Part shown: positions 59,469-64,000 of the stretch, piece after piece | Layout: every line of letters starts with the position of its first letter | Position numbering within the stretch: position 1 is the stretch's first letter | Assembly: GCA_963770895.1 (NCBI GenBank) | Contig: CAVYRF010000001.1 | Location: forward strand, 2,112,001 to 2,176,000 | Length of the DNA stretch: 64,000 bases | Reading direction: 5' to 3' | DNA from: an uncultured Acidobacteriota bacterium | GTDB lineage: Bacteria; Acidobacteriota; Thermoanaerobaculia; Multivoradales; UBA5704 | Translations under genes and position numbers: made by a program | Notes under the pieces: generated by a model | Told to the model about the DNA's origin: nothing | The model's database searches: none | What the model saw: the letters and a program-made list of their open reading frames with translations, nothing else

Positions 59469-60413
59469 GATCGTGGCGATGTCGTGCTTATCCAGCGTGA
59501 GGTTCGCCGCCGCCACGATCGGATCGACCTGTTCAGGGCGCCGGAGGCCGGCGATGGCCCCGGTCACGGCCGGGTTGCGGAGGGTCCAGGCCACCGCGAC
59601 CGCCCCCGGCGTGGTGTCGTGGCGGGCGGCGACCAGCCGCAGCCGCTCCACCAGCTCGAGGCTCTGGGTGAGCTGGGGCTCGCGGAACCACTCGCTGTGC
59701 CCGCGCCAGTCGTCCGCGGGCAGCGCCGCGATCCGCTCCCGCGTCATCGCGCCGGAGAGCAGGCCGGAGGCCATCGGCGAGTAGACGATCATGCCGATCC
59801 CTTCCCGCTCGGCGACGGGGAGGATCTCCACTTCGATCCGACGGTCGATCAGCGAGTACGGCGGCTGCAGGGTCTCCACCGGCGCGATGGCCTGCGCTCG
59901 CCGAAGCTGTCTGGCGTTGAAGTTCGACACACCGATGTGGCGCACCACCCCGCGCTCCTTGAGCTCGGCGAGCGTCGACCAGCCCTCCTCGATCTCCTCA
60001 TCGGGGACCGGCCAGTGGATCTGGTAGAGGTCGATGGCCTCGACGCCGAGGCGCTCGCGGCTGCCCTCCACCTCGCTCTGCAGCGAGTCGCGCCGGAGGC
60101 TCCGTATCGTGGTCCTGTCCGGTCCCTCGGGCTGCCCGCCCTTGGTGAAGACGTAGGGGCGCGGTTCGAGGCCGGCCAGGGCGCGCCCGACGATCCGTTC
60201 CGAGTGCCCGAGGCCATACTGCGCCGCGGTGTCGATCCAGTTCACCCCGAGCGCCAGCGCGCGGTGGATCGCCGCGATCGAGTCCTCGTCATCCTGCGGT
60301 CCCCAGCCCCACTTGTAGCCACCGCCTCCGATCGCCCAGGCGCCGAAGCCGACGCGGGTGATCTTGAGACCGGTGGCGCCCAGCTCAGCCGTCCTCAGCG
60401 CCGTGGGCGTCAT
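59454..60413 (-). CDS. Aldo/keto reductase
   Basis: AGGAG RBS; GFGAWAIGG, WIDTAAQYG, IDLYQIHWP, IGVSNF, YSPMASGLL. Confidence 0.94.
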   Translation of the reverse strand: MTPTALRTAELGATGLKITRVGFGAWAIGGGGYKWGWGPQDDEDSIAAIHRALALGVNWIDTAAQYGLGHSERIVGRALAGLEPRPYVFTKGGQPEGPDRTTIRSLRRDSLQSEVEGSRERLGVEAIDLYQIHWPVPDEEIEEGWSTLAELKERGVVRHIGVSNFNARQLRRAQAIAPVETLQPPYSLIDRRIEVEILPVAEREGIGMIVYSPMASGLLSGAMTRERIAALPADDWRGHSEWFREPQLTQSLELVERLRLVAARHDTTPGAVAVAWTLRNPAVTGAIAGLRRPEQVDPIVAAANLTLDKHDIATILRRK

Positions 60414-60512
60414 GGCGTCTCCTGTCAAACCGTAGTTGCAGCGGGCAACGATGGCCTGACGATAACTCTGACAGACTATCTTCCATCGACGTGAGCGCGC
60501 GGGGCGGGGCGC

Positions 60513-63500
60513 TCAGGCCTCGTCCAGCTCGGCGAGCAGGTTCGCGAGGTCGTCGGCCTCGAGATCGGCGTGGGTGAAGTCGCCCGGCGTATAGACGGTC
60601 CCGGCGGTGCGGCAGTGGGCGATGAGCTGCCGCAGGCTCGCGGCATAGGCGGCGGCGAGGCGCTCGATCGTGCCGCGGTCGCAGAGGTCGGCGCTGTAGC
60701 CCCAGTCGACCCGCAGGCGTCCGGAGGCGACGAGCAGGGAGACCGCGAGGGCGTGCGTGCGCCGCTGGCGCGGGCTCTGCGCGGCGCCGCTCGGCTCCGC
60801 GGCGGGGGCGAACAGGCCGCCCGCGAAGCTGCCGTCGAACTCTCCCAGGTAGTTGAAGCTCACTCTCGGGGCGGGCAGCGCGGCCAGGAGGGCCGCCGCC
60901 GCGCCGCCGCGCAGGTAGCGCAGCACGCCATGGCCGAAGCCGCGGTCGGGGATGGCGCGGAGCTGCTCCTTGACCGACTGCAGGAGGGCGCCCGGCGCCG
61001 TGCTCTCGACCGCCAGGGCCACCGGGAAGAGGGTGGTGAACCAGCCCACGGTGCGCGACAGGTCGACCCCAGGGACGACCTCCTCCCTGCCGTGCCCTTC
61101 GAGGTCGATCCACAGCGCGCCGCCCGGCCGGGCGAGGGTCGCCGCGAGCGCCGCCAGGAGCGCGTCGTTGACCTGCGTGCCGTAGGCCGACGGCAGCTCG
61201 GTCAACAGGGCGCGGGTCTCGGCAGGGTCGAGCTCGACCGTCACCGTCCGCGACGAGGCGACGAGGCCGGTGGCAGCGGCGGAGGCGAAGGAATCGAACG
61301 GGTCCGTCCGCTCGTTCGGCGCGGCCGGCTCGAACGGCAGCCGCTCGAAGGGCAGCCCGGCGAGCCCCGACCAGTGTCCGAGCTCGCGCTCGACCGCCTC
61401 CGGCGAGAGGCTGTGGGCGTAGGCGTCGAGCCGCTCGGCCCACTCCTTGAACGAGGTGGTCTTCGCCGGCAGGCGGAGGGCGGCGGCCCCTCCCGCGGCG
61501 ACCTGCCGGCAGGCCGTCTCCAGGTCCTCGAGCAGGATGCGCCACGAGACGCCGTCGACCGCCAGATGATGGATGACGAGGAGGAGCCGCGCCCCTCCCG
61601 CGAGCTGGTACCAGACGCACCGGAGCAACGGTCCGCGCGCGAGGTCGAGGCCGGCTTGCGCGGCGTCGGCCGCGGCGCCCAGGGCGCGCTCGGCGTCGGC
61701 GGACGCCAGGGCCGTGAGGTCGACCCGCGGCAGGAAGAAGCAGGGCTCCGGCGGGGCGTTCTCCGCCCGCGGCAGGCCGCCGTCCTCCGCCGCCGGCGAG
61801 ACGCGCAGCCGCAGCGCGTCGTGGTGGCGGACGAGCGCGCCCAAGGCGCTCTCGGCCACCCGCGGCCCCACCTCCCGCACGGCGAGGAGCACCGCCTGGT
61901 TGAAGTGGTGCGGATCGGCGAGGTCCTGGCCGAAGAACCAGCGCTGGATGGGGGTGAGCGGCAGCGGCCCCGTGACCGGTCCCTGGCTCGCCAGGACCTC
62001 GGCGGCGGTCCCGGCGACCGCGGCGAGCCGGGCCACGGTCTGCTGCTCGAAGAGCTGGCGCGGCGTGATGCGGCAGCCGGCCCGCGCGGCGCGGGCGACG
62101 ATCTGGATCGAGAGGATCGAGTTGCCGCCGAGCTCGAAGAAATTGTCGTGCACGGAGATCGCGCGCCCCAGCCGCGCGCTCCCCAGCACCTCGGCCCAGA
62201 TGCCCGCGAAGAGCGCCTCGACGGGGTTGCGCGGCGCCACGTAGCCGCCTGCCGCCAGGCCGGGAAGGCCGGGCTCGGTCGCCAGGAGCGCCCGGCGGTC
62301 GAGCTTGCCGGTCGGCGTGAGCGGCATCGCCGCGAGGAGCACGAAGGCGTTGGGGATCATCGGCCCCGGCAGGCGCGCGGCGAGGAAGGCGCGGAGGTCG
62401 TCCCGGAGCTCGGCGTCGGGCGGGTCCGCGTGCCCGTCGCGGCGGGTCAGGCAGGCGACGAGGCCGCCGCCGCCGGGGAGCTCGGGGCGGAGGATCACCA
62501 CGGCTTCGGCGACCGCCGGATGCGCCGCGAGCGCCGCCTCGACCTCCCCCAGCTCGATGCGCACGCCGCGGACCTTGACCTGGTGGTCGAGGCGGCCGAG
62601 GTAGTCGAGGCTGCCGTCGGCCAGGAAGCGGGCGAGGTCGCCGGTGCGATAGAGCCGCGCGCCGGGGAGCGCCGAGAGCGGATCGGGCACGAAGCGCTCC
62701 GCCGTCAGGTCCGGCCGCCGCCAGTAGCCGCGCCCCGGCGCCAGGCCGCCGATCGCGAGCTCGCCCGCACCGCCGACCGGGACGGGCCGCAGCGACGGGT
62801 CGAGCAGGCGGATCTCGACGCCCGAGATCGGCCGGCCGATGGGCACGCTGCCCCCCAGGCCGTCGCCCGCCCCCACGCGACAGTCGCGGCAGGTGACGTC
62901 GACCGCCGCCTCGGTGGGGCCGTAGAGGTTCCAGAGCGGCGCCGGATTGCGCTCGGCGAGGCGGCGCGCCAGCTCCCGCGGCAGCGCCTCGCCGCTGGCG
63001 ACGACGCGGCGCAGCGAGGTGCAGGCCTCGACGCCCGGCGCGGCGACGAAGGCCTGCAACATCGACGGCACGAAGTGGACGGTGGTGATCCGCTCCAGGG
63101 CGACGAGGTGGGCGAGATAGGCCGCATCCTGGTGGCCGCCCGGCCGGGCGAGGACCAGCCGCGCCCCGGCGAGGAGCGGCCAGAAGAGCTCCCAGACCGA
63201 GACGTCGAAGGAGATCGGCGTCTTCTGCAGCACCCGGTCCTCGCCGGTCAGGCCGAATGCCCGCTGCATCCAGAGCAGCCGGTTGACGACGGCGCGATGG
63301 CTGTTCATCGCCCCCTTGGGCCGCCCGGTCGAGCCCGAGGTGTAGATCACGTAGGCGAGGTCGTCGGGATCGGCCGCCGGGAGCGGCAGGTCGGAGCGGT
63401 CCGGCGCCGCGGCGAGGAGGGCGGCGAGGTCGATCTCGACCAGCTCCGGCGTCTCCGGCGTCTCCGCCACCGCCGCGCCATGCAGCGGCAGGGCGCTCGC

Positions 63501-64000
63501 CGCGGCACCGTGGGTGAGGAGCACACCGACCGCGGCGTTCTCGACCATGTGGGCCAGCCGCTCGGCGGGGTAGGCCGGGTCGAGCGGCACGTAGGCGGCA
63601 CCCGCGGCGAGGATGGCGACGAGGCCGACCATCAGCTCGAGCGAGCGCTCGACGCAGAGGCCGACGAGGACGCCGGGTCCGACGCCCTTGCCGGCGAGCC
63701 GCCGCGCCAGCCGCTCGGCCGCGTCGCCCAACTGCCGATAGGTGAGCTCGTCGCCCGCCAAGGAGACCGCGACCGCGCCGGGCGTGCGCTCGATCTGCGC
63801 CGCGATCAGCCCGTAGAGGGTGGTCCCCGCCCGCTCCACGCATTGACCGAGCCATGCCGGGGTGTCGTTCCACTCGCGGAGCTGCTGGCGCTCGGCGGCG
63901 GAAAGCAGCGGCAGGTCGTCGAGGCGCCGGGGCTCGCCGGCCGCGGCCAGGTCGACGACGGCGCCCGCGAGGAGGGCGGCAAACCGCTCGGCCAGGCGGG
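60513..64000 (-). CDS. Partial NRPS (3' end): ...C-A(Ser)-T-E-COM donor
   Basis: Frame is open to the right edge (LPLLSAAERQQLREWNDT). Code DVWHVSLVDK; T GGNS; E motifs; C-terminus YTPGDFTHADLEADDLANLLAEL. Confidence 0.93.
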   Translation of the reverse strand, partial: RLAERFAALLAGAVVDLAAAGEPRRLDDLPLLSAAERQQLREWNDTPAWLGQCVERAGTTLYGLIAAQIERTPGAVAVSLAGDELTYRQLGDAAERLARRLAGKGVGPGVLVGLCVERSLELMVGLVAILAAGAAYVPLDPAYPAERLAHMVENAAVGVLLTHGAAASALPLHGAAVAETPETPELVEIDLAALLAAAPDRSDLPLPAADPDDLAYVIYTSGSTGRPKGAMNSHRAVVNRLLWMQRAFGLTGEDRVLQKTPISFDVSVWELFWPLLAGARLVLARPGGHQDAAYLAHLVALERITTVHFVPSMLQAFVAAPGVEACTSLRRVVASGEALPRELARRLAERNPAPLWNLYGPTEAAVDVTCRDCRVGAGDGLGGSVPIGRPISGVEIRLLDPSLRPVPVGGAGELAIGGLAPGRGYWRRPDLTAERFVPDPLSALPGARLYRTGDLARFLADGSLDYLGRLDHQVKVRGVRIELGEVEAALAAHPAVAEAVVILRPELPGGGGLVACLTRRDGHADPPDAELRDDLRAFLAARLPGPMIPNAFVLLAAMPLTPTGKLDRRALLATEPGLPGLAAGGYVAPRNPVEALFAGIWAEVLGSARLGRAISVHDNFFELGGNSILSIQIVARAARAGCRITPRQLFEQQTVARLAAVAGTAAEVLASQGPVTGPLPLTPIQRWFFGQDLADPHHFNQAVLLAVREVGPRVAESALGALVRHHDALRLRVSPAAEDGGLPRAENAPPEPCFFLPRVDLTALASADAERALGAAADAAQAGLDLARGPLLRCVWYQLAGGARLLLVIHHLAVDGVSWRILLEDLETACRQVAAGGAAALRLPAKTTSFKEWAERLDAYAHSLSPEAVERELGHWSGLAGLPFERLPFEPAAPNERTDPFDSFASAAATGLVASSRTVTVELDPAETRALLTELPSAYGTQVNDALLAALAATLARPGGALWIDLEGHGREEVVPGVDLSRTVGWFTTLFPVALAVESTAPGALLQSVKEQLRAIPDRGFGHGVLRYLRGGAAAALLAALPAPRVSFNYLGEFDGSFAGGLFAPAAEPSGAAQSPRQRRTHALAVSLLVASGRLRVDWGYSADLCDRGTIERLAAAYAASLRQLIAHCRTAGTVYTPGDFTHADLEADDLANLLAELDEA

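Overview
High-GC bacterial DNA. The ADOP-type permease, IPTL-CTERM anchor, RETL-leader peptide and a Cys-bracketed C-terminal domain suggest Acidobacteriota/Thermoanaerobaculia (inference). Three blocks. (1) 1-21.4 kb is an accessory patchwork: an uncharacterised minus-strand operon opposite a PstS-OmpA fusion, an ECF sigma/anti-sigma module, four small Cys-rich peptides (one a RiPP-precursor-like orphan), a 2000-aa S53 protease, TMEM175, and a BNR/VPS10 hydrolase. It also holds a DUF1778/GNAT toxin-antitoxin locus broken into two pieces that share an 84-bp direct repeat 9.3 kb apart. (2) 21.6-30.1 kb is a type I R-M operon with an HTH-ImmA/IrrE + DUF4411(PIN) pair between hsdS and hsdR, and an HsdR fused to an intact-looking LexA-like S24 domain. 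(3) 30.2-64 kb is part of a large NRPS cluster (8 intact A domains, no thioesterase in the window). It has a split module, a catalytically degenerate C domain, a duplicated A domain, and foreign in-frame inserts. No rRNA, tRNA, CRISPR array, transposase or integrase was recognised. All family calls are by motif recognition, not database search.
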